From the IMG/VR virus record IMGVR_UViG_3300027419_000035, positions 1 to 60,381 of that record: a stretch of 60,381 nt of DNA, one strand, 5' to 3'. Source of the stretch: a virus (Duplodnaviria > Caudoviricetes). The position numbers were made by a program, and so were the translations under genes. This document shows, piece after piece, positions 11,390 to 19,733 of the stretch (positions are counted from its first letter, which is position 1; each line of letters opens with the position of its first letter). The notes beneath the pieces are model-generated. The model was not told where the DNA came from. It did not search any database and saw nothing but the letters and a program-made list of their open reading frames with translations.

Positions 11390-11706
11390 TGTCCGATGAC
11401 CTGTCTTATCAGAAGATGCTCTTCGAAAATATTATCAACAATCTTGAAGCTGTCAATGCGTCTCTTGAAAATGTAATAGAGAAGACACATCAGCTTGAAC
11501 TCGATATTCAAAAGGTAGACCAGAAGGAAGCACTGCATCAATCGGGTTGTCCTTTAAATAAAGTTTATATCGAAGACATGATTAATACAGCCTTGATGAA
11601 AAAACAGGTTGAACGACCGTCAAAGATTAGTAAAGCTATTATGTGGGTAGTAACTATTACAAATCTGCTTATTCTATCTGCACTCGCAATCACACAATTA
11701 TTTTAA
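11389..11706 (+). CDS. Holin-like protein (coiled coil plus C-terminal TM helix)
   Basis: TAATG coupling to the PAS gene; single TM 'AIMWVVTITNLLILSALAI'; upstream of endolysin. Confidence 0.55.
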   Translation: MSDDLSYQKMLFENIINNLEAVNASLENVIEKTHQLELDIQKVDQKEALHQSGCPLNKVYIEDMINTALMKKQVERPSKISKAIMWVVTITNLLILSALAITQLF

Positions 11707-11717
11707 ACGGAGAAAAA

Positions 11718-12209
11718 ATGAACTGGAAAATAACAGGTTGGTTAAAAAAGAACCAGACTGTTGCCACTGTCGGACTTATTGTTGCCTGCGCAATTGCGTT
11801 TTTATGGGTTACACCAACAATAAATAATATCAATAAAGTTGTAACCGAAACATCAACTATAGCCGCCAATGTACTCGTCGATTCAACAGGAGAAGGTCTT
11901 CAAAAAGTTATTGATCTACAGGATAAAATCGCAGATACCAAAACAGATGGGATATGGATGCTATATATGAATTGGCTTACACTTTCTTTTATCGGAGTTA
12001 CAATGACAGGCATGTTGGCCTGGTGGTTGCAACATATATTTACTAATCTTTCATTTACAAAAAAGAAATTCACAGATGAAGATGGAATTCTGAATAAACA
12101 GGACAGATATAATTCAATGTCAGTTCTTGCTGCTTCGCTCATCAGTGCAGCATTGATTGTTTTAATGTCTGCTTATGTAGTTTTTGCTATTCTGAGTCTA
12201 CAGCAATGA
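11718..12209 (+). CDS. Putative holin (3 TM helices)
   Basis: ATG 11718 preceded by GGAG; three hydrophobic segments; ATGA overlap with endolysin. Confidence 0.6.
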   Translation: MNWKITGWLKKNQTVATVGLIVACAIAFLWVTPTINNINKVVTETSTIAANVLVDSTGEGLQKVIDLQDKIADTKTDGIWMLYMNWLTLSFIGVTMTGMLAWWLQHIFTNLSFTKKKFTDEDGILNKQDRYNSMSVLAASLISAALIVLMSAYVVFAILSLQQ

Positions 12210-12706
12210 AACGTTTATTGTTGTTAATTTTATTATCGGCGTCTCTTTGCTTTGGACAGTCTCGTATTACAAATACAGGTATTGAAGTAATTAAACACTA
12301 CGAATCATTCAGGGCAAAAAGTTACCTCTGCCCTTCTTCTGTATGGACTATCGGCTTTGGGAGTACTGAAGGTATTAGACCTAATATGACAATAACACTT
12401 GACAAAGCTGTCATTTTATTGAAGAAGGACATTACAAGATTTGAACAACACGTGAGCGGAAAGACGACAAGGATATTAAAATGGAATGAGTTTGATGCAC
12501 TTGTGTCGTTCTCTTTTAATGTGGGTTATCAGATAAAAGGCAGTCTACGTACTGCAGTTAATAATGGCAATACAAAATTGGCGGTTTTCTACATGAAAAA
12601 ATACAATCGCGGGCGTGCAAAAGGTGTGTTAACAGTTTTACCTGGTTTGGTAAAGCGAAGAAAAACTGAAGGAATTTTATATGAAAGCGGTAAACTTGTT
12701 TTTTAA
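12206..12706 (+). CDS. Endolysin, GH24 phage lysozyme with N-terminal signal/SAR sequence
   Basis: E-x8-C-x5-T triad 'ESFRAKSYLCPSSVWTIGFGST'; 'FDALVSFSFNVG'; 'LPGLVKRR'; hydrophobic leader MKRLLLLILLSASLCFG. Confidence 0.92.
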   Translation: MKRLLLLILLSASLCFGQSRITNTGIEVIKHYESFRAKSYLCPSSVWTIGFGSTEGIRPNMTITLDKAVILLKKDITRFEQHVSGKTTRILKWNEFDALVSFSFNVGYQIKGSLRTAVNNGNTKLAVFYMKKYNRGRAKGVLTVLPGLVKRRKTEGILYESGKLVF

Positions 12707-13478
12707 TAAAGCACTAGAGTGGTTCTGGACTAATAGAAAATATACTATTCCCATTACGGGGGTTCTGATAGCTATTCTGTATGTGTATTTAAAATTTAAT
12801 AATTACAACAACCAGATTGCTGATCTTAATAATGAACTGATTAAACAGAAGGGTTTTACACAAATTGCCGAAACACAATATGAAACTCAGGTTCAGATAG
12901 TTAACGATTTGAAGATTAAGAATAAAGATTTGAATAAAAGATTGGACGAGACAGATAGAACCGCACGACATTGGGCATCCTTATGTATAGTTTATAAAGC
13001 CAAACTTAATGCAATCAGCACTCAGCCGGTTGGCAAGGATACTGTTTATATAGCCGGCGAACCGGTCATTGTGGATTCAACAGACAGGATGTTTGAAGAG
13101 ACTTTTAATAATGAAGTATATATAGCGGGATACTTTCAGACTGTATCTCCTTTTGATTTATATATCAGAAGTCTACAGTTGAAATTTAATATTGAAGTAT
13201 TGTTGAGCGAAAGCGAAAACGGCAACTGGTTTTATGACGTTGATACACACTCAAAATATCTAAGTGTAACAAATATGGACATAAAGTTGGCGCCCAAAAA
13301 GAACAGTTGGTACATGGTCTATGGTATAGATAGTAAGCTGAGAAATGTAACTATATGTGGTGTCGGTATAAATGCCGGAATTGGCTATGGGGATAATATG
13401 GTCACAGCAGGTTATTCTGTCATTCAACAGACTACACCTATATGGTCAGTGGGGTTTTTAAGAAGAATTGCGTTTTAA
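12681..13478 (+). CDS. Spanin-like lysis accessory protein
   Basis: N-terminal TM, coiled coil, then beta-strand-rich C-terminus ending in Phe; directly after endolysin. Confidence 0.5.
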   Translation: MKAVNLFFNKALEWFWTNRKYTIPITGVLIAILYVYLKFNNYNNQIADLNNELIKQKGFTQIAETQYETQVQIVNDLKIKNKDLNKRLDETDRTARHWASLCIVYKAKLNAISTQPVGKDTVYIAGEPVIVDSTDRMFEETFNNEVYIAGYFQTVSPFDLYIRSLQLKFNIEVLLSESENGNWFYDVDTHSKYLSVTNMDIKLAPKKNSWYMVYGIDSKLRNVTICGVGINAGIGYGDNMVTAGYSVIQQTTPIWSVGFLRRIAF

Positions 13479-13489
13479 GGAAGAAAGTC

Positions 13490-14131
13490 ATGTCTGATTT
13501 AGAAAAAAAGATAGAGGAGGTTCTTGCTTCCTATGTGCCGAAGTTACAATGGAAACAGTTAGATACTGTCCGGACTACTGCAGTTAATAAGGCGCTTGCA
13601 GATATCGAGAATATAAAAGCACAAATTGTTAATCTTACAAAACCTGAAGTAGATATGAGTTCCTATGTACCAAAATTACAATGGAAACAATTAGATACTA
13701 TTAGAGCGGCTCAATATAGACAGATTGAATTGAAAATAGAAGAATTAGAAACAAGGATCAATAATATAGGATCATGGGTTTCCAAAACAATTCGTATAGG
13801 GCATACATTCACAATCTATGGTGAAATTAAAGTCCCTTCAGGAAATACTGATTATATATGTCCTTTCTTCCTTGACCTTCCAACAGGACAAACTGCAAAA
13901 CTTGTAACTTGCAGATACCTGATTAACTCAGGTGTTTCGGTTGTGTTTAAATTACAAGTAAACGATTCAGACATTGCTGGATTTACAGGTTTATCGGCAA
14001 CCATGGTTGCCGAAGCTAATCCGGCTGATGTTACATTGGTGGACGGAGATAAAATCGCATTAGTAGTAACCGCTGTGTCGGGTGCACCAGAAAACTTATC
14101 AGTAACAGTCTTTATAGACTACACTGTGTAA
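13490..14131 (+). CDS. Hypothetical virion-type protein with internal duplication
   Basis: SYVPKLQWKQLDT occurs twice; beta-sandwich-like C-terminus; last gene of the + strand block. Confidence 0.5.
   Translation: MSDLEKKIEEVLASYVPKLQWKQLDTVRTTAVNKALADIENIKAQIVNLTKPEVDMSSYVPKLQWKQLDTIRAAQYRQIELKIEELETRINNIGSWVSKTIRIGHTFTIYGEIKVPSGNTDYICPFFLDLPTGQTAKLVTCRYLINSGVSVVFKLQVNDSDIAGFTGLSATMVAEANPADVTLVDGDKIALVVTAVSGAPENLSVTVFIDYTV
13529..13699 (+). repeat. 39-bp intragenic direct repeat (13529-13567 and 13661-13699)
   Basis: 35/39 identical; all four differences are synonymous third-position G/A changes. Confidence 0.9.
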
Positions 14132-14136
14132 TTGAT

Positions 14137-14946
14137 TTATGATTCCTCTTTGTTTGGTAAGGCGAATTTTATAGATGGTTTAATTAATCTGTCTGTTATT
14201 TCGTATATGCCAAGATAACCAACCTTTACAAGTTCATTTGTATATTCTTCGATTTGAGATATACAATATTTACGTGATTTGCTTGGAGAAAATCCAAAGA
14301 TCTGGCGTGCTAAATATTCAATGGGAATTTCGATAGGACGGTTATGTTTATAGAATCTTTTTGACAATACCCGGTACAATTTACGAGCACCGGGTTTTTT
14401 TATTTTAAGATAGAGGTCAAAATCAAGTGGTTTTATATGGCCAGACAAAATACTGTCAGCTATTTCTTTGCCCCAGGTAATTTCAACATTTTTAACAGTA
14501 TGATAACTGTCTATAATGTGAAAACCTGCATGTCCGTATGTCTGTGTCTGTTTGTTATACCAGATGTCAGTTTCAAATATCATTCCTGCCAGACGCCGCA
14601 GTGAGTCTTTTATTCTAGCAGAGTTTTTACCGGCTTTCTTAAGTTTTAATCTTCGTACAATTTGTGTGACACTTTGAATGGTTAATACGCGTGAGTTACT
14701 GAAGTAGGATTCTGAACCGAACGAGATAAGAGCAAGAAGCAGGTCCTCGTCCTGTGGTAGAAGTGTGTTTGTTTTTTCATCCTGGATATAATAGATACGT
14801 AAATATCCTGATATTGGATGATGATTGTTTTTGTTATATATGGATATTCTGTATTCTCGATTACTAGTTGTTTCTTCAGCTTTTGTCTCTTTGCCGAATG
14901 CAACGAGAGGCCAATCAATTATATTGACAAGATCGTATGTATTCAA
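14137..14946 (-). CDS. repA: Plasmid-type replication initiator (RepA/TrfA-like winged helix)
   Basis: 'DWPLVAF', 'LPQDEDLLLALI', 'IKDSLRRLAG', 'GFHIIDSY', 'LDFDLYLKIKKPGARKLYRVL', 'ELVKVGYL'; iteron array upstream. Confidence 0.78.
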   Translation of the reverse strand: MNTYDLVNIIDWPLVAFGKETKAEETTSNREYRISIYNKNNHHPISGYLRIYYIQDEKTNTLLPQDEDLLLALISFGSESYFSNSRVLTIQSVTQIVRRLKLKKAGKNSARIKDSLRRLAGMIFETDIWYNKQTQTYGHAGFHIIDSYHTVKNVEITWGKEIADSILSGHIKPLDFDLYLKIKKPGARKLYRVLSKRFYKHNRPIEIPIEYLARQIFGFSPSKSRKYCISQIEEYTNELVKVGYLGIYEITDRLIKPSIKFALPNKEES

Positions 14947-15076
14947 AGGTGTTCCAAAAGTTTAATTATCCACATATAAACACTATTATTATTAATTAAT
15001 GATTTTGTGCCTTTAAAAATATCTACGCATCAAAAATGCATATTATAAGGTAAATTCCCAAGAATTAAGTGCGATA

Positions 15077-15167
15077 AGTACACCGTTTTATTGTTTTGGT
15101 TCACCAATTTGTTAAAATAGTACACAATCTTAAAAATAAAGTTCACTCAAAACATTTTTCAGTTCAC
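15077..15167. repeat. Iteron array (putative replication origin): five RGTWCAC cores at 21-bp period
   Basis: Cores start at 15077, 15098, 15119, 15140 and 15161. Two further copies, ACCAAATAGTAC, lie at 15212 and 15310. AT-rich flanks. Confidence 0.8.
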
Positions 15168-15364
15168 CATTACTTCAAATAATGCAAACAAAAATGTTGA
15201 TAAATACCTCTACCAAATAGTACGCCGCACATTAAGAGAAAATGGCCGGAATAGAAAGGTTTATTCTTTTTAGAAATAAATCTGTGAGTTATATCAATCC
15301 GGCAAAATCACCAAATAGTACACTCGAAATTATTTGTTTATTGGCTGAAAGTCAAGAAAAATAT

Positions 15365-15389
15365 ACCCCGGATCATAAGAATCCGGGGT
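15365..15389 (-). terminator. Intrinsic terminator
   Basis: ACCCCGGAT/ATCCGGGGT 9-bp stem followed by a U-rich tract on the - strand; separates the long - operon from ori/rep. Confidence 0.8.
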
Positions 15390-15407
15390 TAGGAGTAACT
15401 CTTTCGA

Positions 15408-15569
15408 TTATTTAGAAGTATTGGATTCTGATTCATAATCCTCTTTGAGCCATATTTTGAAGACATCCTCATCGGGTTTTACACTGATGACAACGGCTTT
15501 CGGCTCTTTTGGTTTATTTAACCAGGCAAGAATTTTACTAAGCGATGTGATAAGCCATAGTTTTATCAT
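15408..15569 (-). CDS. Small hypothetical protein (53 aa, MIKLWLITSLSKILAWL...)
   Basis: Translated by hand; ATGA overlap with the dNMP kinase stop. Confidence 0.5.
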   Translation of the reverse strand: MIKLWLITSLSKILAWLNKPKEPKAVVISVKPDEDVFKIWLKEDYESESNTSK

Positions 15570-16306
15570 GCGGCCATTTCCAATACAATATTGGCACGTT
15601 TACCCATTTCCTTAAGAATGTCGGTCATTATACTTATGACCTGTTCTTTTATGTTGTCTATGTCGCCCGTCTTGGCGACAATTCCGTACCGGCTTAAGAT
15701 GCCGTCAAGTCCCATCTCACTTGCATGATTTGGATCTCTGTCGGTCGCAATGAACCTTGTACCATCTTCATTCAAACGCACAAGATCAATGTAATATCCG
15801 TTGTTACGTGTTATTGCGGATAATTCATTTAAAAATCTGGTATCTGGAATAAGAATAATTGCAGGTTGTTCGATATTATTGCCATAACGATTATCGATTT
15901 CCTTTATTGTTTCCATTGTTTTATCCACCCAATATTCCTCTCCGCAAAGACTGCGTCTAAAACCTGTTCCCCAGAACTGGAGTATAGGACTATCTTTTTC
16001 GTCCATTCCCCAATATGAAGTGATACCCCTTTCTTTGAATATTTCATTAATCTGAGGCACTTCAGTGGCTTTAAATTGCAGATAATCACCATATTCGGCA
16101 TTATCAAGCAATTGATACCACACGTCCGTTTGATTACTGACTCTTACAATCAGAGGATATTTTCTTTCTTCATTTTTAACTTCTTTGTATAAGCTGTCAG
16201 CCCAATGCGCGACATGAACATTCTTGTATAACTCACTTATCATAGAAGCAGTTATATCTTTTCCCTGACGTGCTTTATGGCCTAAACCTATCAGTATTGA
16301 ACTCAT
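15566..16306 (-). CDS. Deoxynucleoside monophosphate kinase
   Basis: P-loop 'GLGHKARQGKD', 'LQFWGTGFRR', 'IPDTRFLNE', 'HASE'. Confidence 0.85.
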   Translation of the reverse strand: MSSILIGLGHKARQGKDITASMISELYKNVHVAHWADSLYKEVKNEERKYPLIVRVSNQTDVWYQLLDNAEYGDYLQFKATEVPQINEIFKERGITSYWGMDEKDSPILQFWGTGFRRSLCGEEYWVDKTMETIKEIDNRYGNNIEQPAIILIPDTRFLNELSAITRNNGYYIDLVRLNEDGTRFIATDRDPNHASEMGLDGILSRYGIVAKTGDIDNIKEQVISIMTDILKEMGKRANIVLEMAA

Positions 16307-16566
16307 TGTGTTTCCACCTTTTCTTTGTATTGTTTATAAATCATTAATATCATCATGGCCGCCTCATAGAGGTAGCCTTCGTCGGTCTCGAGTAAAAACC
16401 GATTAACCATGAGTTCTATGTCGCCAGGAGTAATTTGGTTTATACTCTCATGGAAAATCGGCAACAAGTGCATGTCCTCCGTTCCACCATTGGCGTCAAG
16501 TCTTGCCGAATAATCAAATAGTTTTGCTGCGAATGGAGGTACAAATTCGATAAGTTTACGTGTCAT
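16303..16566 (-). CDS. Hypothetical protein
   Basis: 87 aa, coupled to the kinase gene. Confidence 0.5.
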   Translation of the reverse strand: MTRKLIEFVPPFAAKLFDYSARLDANGGTEDMHLLPIFHESINQITPGDIELMVNRFLLETDEGYLYEAAMMILMIYKQYKEKVETQ

Positions 16567-16629
16567 TGTGAATCCTTATTAAGTTTGAAAATACTTTCAA
16601 ACCCAAACCGGATTATTGATGATGTGTAT

Positions 16630-17061
16630 TTATGAGCAGAGAGTCTCTTTGTTTAATATTGAGAAGTCAATATGCCAGTCTATCTTACTCCTCTCTCTCC
16701 ATATCTCAAAGGATTTTTCAATATATTCTATTGCCTGGCTTTCAGTGATTTTATTTATTTTCATGAGATGATTAATTACCAAAGAACTTTCTCCTTTCAT
16801 CTTAGCCAAGCCAGGATGTTTTACTCTGTGGCAGTTCTTGCACAGGGCTATTAAACCAGCTAATCTCTGTGTCTTCGTGTCATTGTTAAACTCCCAGATT
16901 TCATGACATTCCAATCTTCCGGAAACTCCGCAGATCTCACATCTATATCCGGCATTTGCATAGCAGTTGTGACGCAGTGTGTCCCACTCTGTTTGGGAAA
17001 CGAGTGAACGGACATTGTTATACCATGTAGTTGACGGAACAAGTTCGATAGTTAGTTTCAT
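16630..17061 (-). CDS. HNH endonuclease
   Basis: 'CEICG', 'LECHE', 'LCKNCHRVKH'. Confidence 0.85.
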   Translation of the reverse strand: MKLTIELVPSTTWYNNVRSLVSQTEWDTLRHNCYANAGYRCEICGVSGRLECHEIWEFNNDTKTQRLAGLIALCKNCHRVKHPGLAKMKGESSLVINHLMKINKITESQAIEYIEKSFEIWRERSKIDWHIDFSILNKETLCS

Positions 17062-17192
17062 TTGTTAATTCTCTCTGTTATATAACAGCAGTAAATCCCT
17101 GCCGGCCAATCAAGGCCAGCAGAAATTCCTTTATATTATTAATAACAAACATCATGTTATTGAAAAACGAAGCTATATAAGAAGCCACCATA

Positions 17193-18480
17193 TCAAGCAG
17201 CAAGTTCATATGTTTCTCCTTTTGCCGCATACCAGGTGTCAAGGGCGCCCTTATTACACAATTTATTATATGGACAATCAGTAATTTGTTAACCTACCAA
17301 CTTTTTATTTGGTAGTTCTATATCTTTTTTTTGATATAGTTCGGCGTACATTTTCATCCACTTGGGATGTCGGATACTCTTGGGTGAATTATATTTATTC
17401 ATCACCTACGCTCTACGGTGTCAATCTGTCTTTCGCGATCAGATTGCTTACCACGGTATTTGCATCTCAGCATTCACCGTATTTACCCAATTCCATTAGT
17501 TATATTGCTATAACCCCAGCCATTGTCGTATAGCTGCATTGCCAGTCGCCCTTGTATTCTTTCTTCTTCATATGTGTCTCATATGCAGTATCACCGATAT
17601 CACCGTTGTCATGCATTTTTGTTATCTGCTCCTCACTATATATAAGATCGAAGTCTTTTTCTGGAGGATCAAGCTGTTCAAATGTTGAACCGCCCCTAAG
17701 CAGAATTGTATCAGTATTCACTTTTGCCGCAAGTCCTGCATAACGTGCATAAATGTCTTCAACAAAGAAACGATAATCTATTTCTCCGTTGACCATTAAA
17801 CGATGTTTTTCACCTTCCTTGACAATGGTAATATCGAATTCTGTTCTATTGCAATTGTCTCTTAGGAAGTATACCAGTTTTCCACCTATCAAATCTGGAT
17901 CATCCCGGTGAGTATAGAGGTAAGTAGCCAACTGGAGCATATTACCATCTTTCGGAATTGCTTTAACGAATTTCCTCGCCTTACCTCTTCCTTCATGATG
18001 GTCAAATAAACCTCTTGCTACACCCTGTTCTTCTCCATTGTGTATCTTCCCACCCCAAGTAGTTTTAATCTCACAGAATATATAACCAGTTTCTTCGACT
18101 GGTATTTCAACTACAAGATCTATTTCTCCTGACACATGAGAACCTCTATCCCAGAATTTTACACTATTGTTATTATATATTCCAGCCTTCTTTGACAGGT
18201 CTGCAATGAATTCTTCTATAATTCTACCAAGTGCAAAGATATATTCTGATTTTGTTGTTGTCGGATCAGACGGTGGCACACGCATAAGTCGATACCATGA
18301 TTTTCTGGCACAACCTCCCAATACAGAAGCTTCTTTTGTATCTGGATCAATGGCAATCACAGAGGCTTCGCTTGGGTATAAAGAATCCCTACGCTCGCCC
18401 GAATACCGATGTTTCATTATTGCTTCATCGAGTTTTGGCCAGAATCTGAACGACTTTAGTTTATTGTAATCCATTATCAT
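17193..18480 (-). CDS. Cas4-like PD-(D/E)XK exonuclease, two exons (18480-17532 and 17278-17193), 344 aa spliced
   Basis: 'GCARKSWY', 'SGEIDL', 'EIKT', 'QLATY'. Splicing restores the Fe-S motif WQCSYCPYNKLC. Confidence 0.88.
17279..17531 (-). ncRNA. Group I self-splicing intron, 253 nt, no ORF (IA-like, with P7.1)
   Basis: P1 CAGCU|AU/AUGGCUG with U-G wobble at the splice site; P2 with GCAA loop; P3 UUGGGUA/UAUCCGA; P4 ACGGU/ACCGU; P7 G(A)GCGUA/UACGCC; P8 CAUCC/GGAUG; two P9 hairpins; terminal G; P10 GACAAU/AUUGUC. Confidence 0.93.
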
Positions 18481-18489
18481 CCTTATTAA

Positions 18490-18708
18490 TTAATTAGTTA
18501 AAATTTCTTTCTGTATATCTCTAATAATCATCTCGGGATATTTTTCCATGTCCTCATCGTCGAAGATACATGGTATCCAGTTGTTATTATAGAACAGATT
18601 TAGTGTTAAAAGTCCAGAGTCTTTATCTATGATAAGACAGTGTCTTTTCCCCGCCGGCGTCGGAAAAGTTGCCTGTGCAAGGTTTAATAAAATTTCTGCA
18701 TTAAACAT
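18490..18708 (-). CDS. Hypothetical protein
   Basis: 72 aa, coupled. Confidence 0.5.
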   Translation of the reverse strand: MFNAEILLNLAQATFPTPAGKRHCLIIDKDSGLLTLNLFYNNNWIPCIFDDEDMEKYPEMIIRDIQKEILTN

Positions 18709-19724
18709 TAGTTCTCCTGCATAGTGAATCCCATTGATGTACCACTATAGAGTTTTTTATTTTGCTGTTTATTCGTTGTGGTCATCTCTTCGATAAGTTT
18801 TATTATATCCTTTGTTTTTATTGCTTTTGGAAAGAATGAACTATCGAGTAAAAATGCCTGTCGTGCATCTTCGATTAAATTATCCAGATCAACTTTCTTT
18901 GTAAGAATTGCAATATGTTCTTCTACTTTCTTGTTGATAAGTCTGTTAATTATTTCCGGAAGATCTGCACCGCTGAACTGTTTATCCTCTATCGATGGCC
19001 GTACCTGGTTCCAATCTATTTTTTGTAATTGTGTGGAAGGAAGATTTCTCTTTCCTAAATGTATTTTTAATCCTTCAATAATTGCATCTGTATCTAAAGC
19101 AATATATTCAACTATTTTATCGAATCGTCCGGGACGCCTAGCAGCTTTGTCAACGCCATCAATGTAATTGGTTGCGCCGATTACAGTAATATTTCTTGTT
19201 GATGTAAAACCTCCATCCATCCATTCGAGAAATATATTTACCCTCTTCATCGAAGTTTCGTGAAGTTGCGCTTCCCTGTTTGGAATCATGGCATCTATTT
19301 CATCTATAAATATTATGACGTGTTTTGTCTTTGAATATTCTTCAGCAGCATTAAAGAAGTTTCTTAAATGTTCGATGGGCATATCTACCCATTTGGAAGC
19401 TATATCTAAATAACGCAATTCCATCAGAACAACACTGTCGTCAAGTTCTTTTGCCATGGCTTTTACACTTGCCGTTTTGCCAACGCCGGTAGGTCCAACT
19501 AGCAGAATACCCTTTGGCGAGGACAATCTCCAGGTATTATATATATCCCTGTATTTGATCGAACTTACTAAATTCTTAAGTTCCTTTACAGCTGCATTCT
19601 GCCCTACAATCTCATATAAACTGAGATTGCCTATATCCATTAAATAATCGCTGTTCCTGATATCATCCTTACTCTCTGTTGTTGGTTTCATTATGGGTGT
19701 GTCTGTTCTGTTTAAGTCGGACAT
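18708..19724 (-). CDS. AAA+ ATPase (CDC48/FtsH/proteasomal clade)
   Basis: 'PKGILLVGPTGVGKT', 'IIFIDEID', 'IGATN', 'DKAARRPGRFD', 'FSGADL'. Confidence 0.9.
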   Translation of the reverse strand: MSDLNRTDTPIMKPTTESKDDIRNSDYLMDIGNLSLYEIVGQNAAVKELKNLVSSIKYRDIYNTWRLSSPKGILLVGPTGVGKTASVKAMAKELDDSVVLMELRYLDIASKWVDMPIEHLRNFFNAAEEYSKTKHVIIFIDEIDAMIPNREAQLHETSMKRVNIFLEWMDGGFTSTRNITVIGATNYIDGVDKAARRPGRFDKIVEYIALDTDAIIEGLKIHLGKRNLPSTQLQKIDWNQVRPSIEDKQFSGADLPEIINRLINKKVEEHIAILTKKVDLDNLIEDARQAFLLDSSFFPKAIKTKDIIKLIEEMTTTNKQQNKKLYSGTSMGFTMQEN

Positions 19725-19733
19725 TATTTATTT

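Noticed and set aside
13529-13699. DGR template/variable repeat (mismatches fall at adenines)
   Set aside because: Only 39 bp, both copies are in one ORF, all changes are synonymous, and there is no reverse transcriptase in the window.
15484-15510. Hammerhead ribozyme (CTGATGA)
   Set aside because: No stem II followed by GAAA. It lies antisense to a small coupled ORF.
17309-17533. 74-aa + strand ORF
   Set aside because: It is antisense to the group I intron.
15077-18480. CRISPR-Cas system (Cas4-like gene, spaced repeats)
   Set aside because: The repeat cores are 7 bp with a 21-bp period and no spacer-sized units. There is no cas1, cas2 or effector, and solo Cas4-like nucleases are common in phages.
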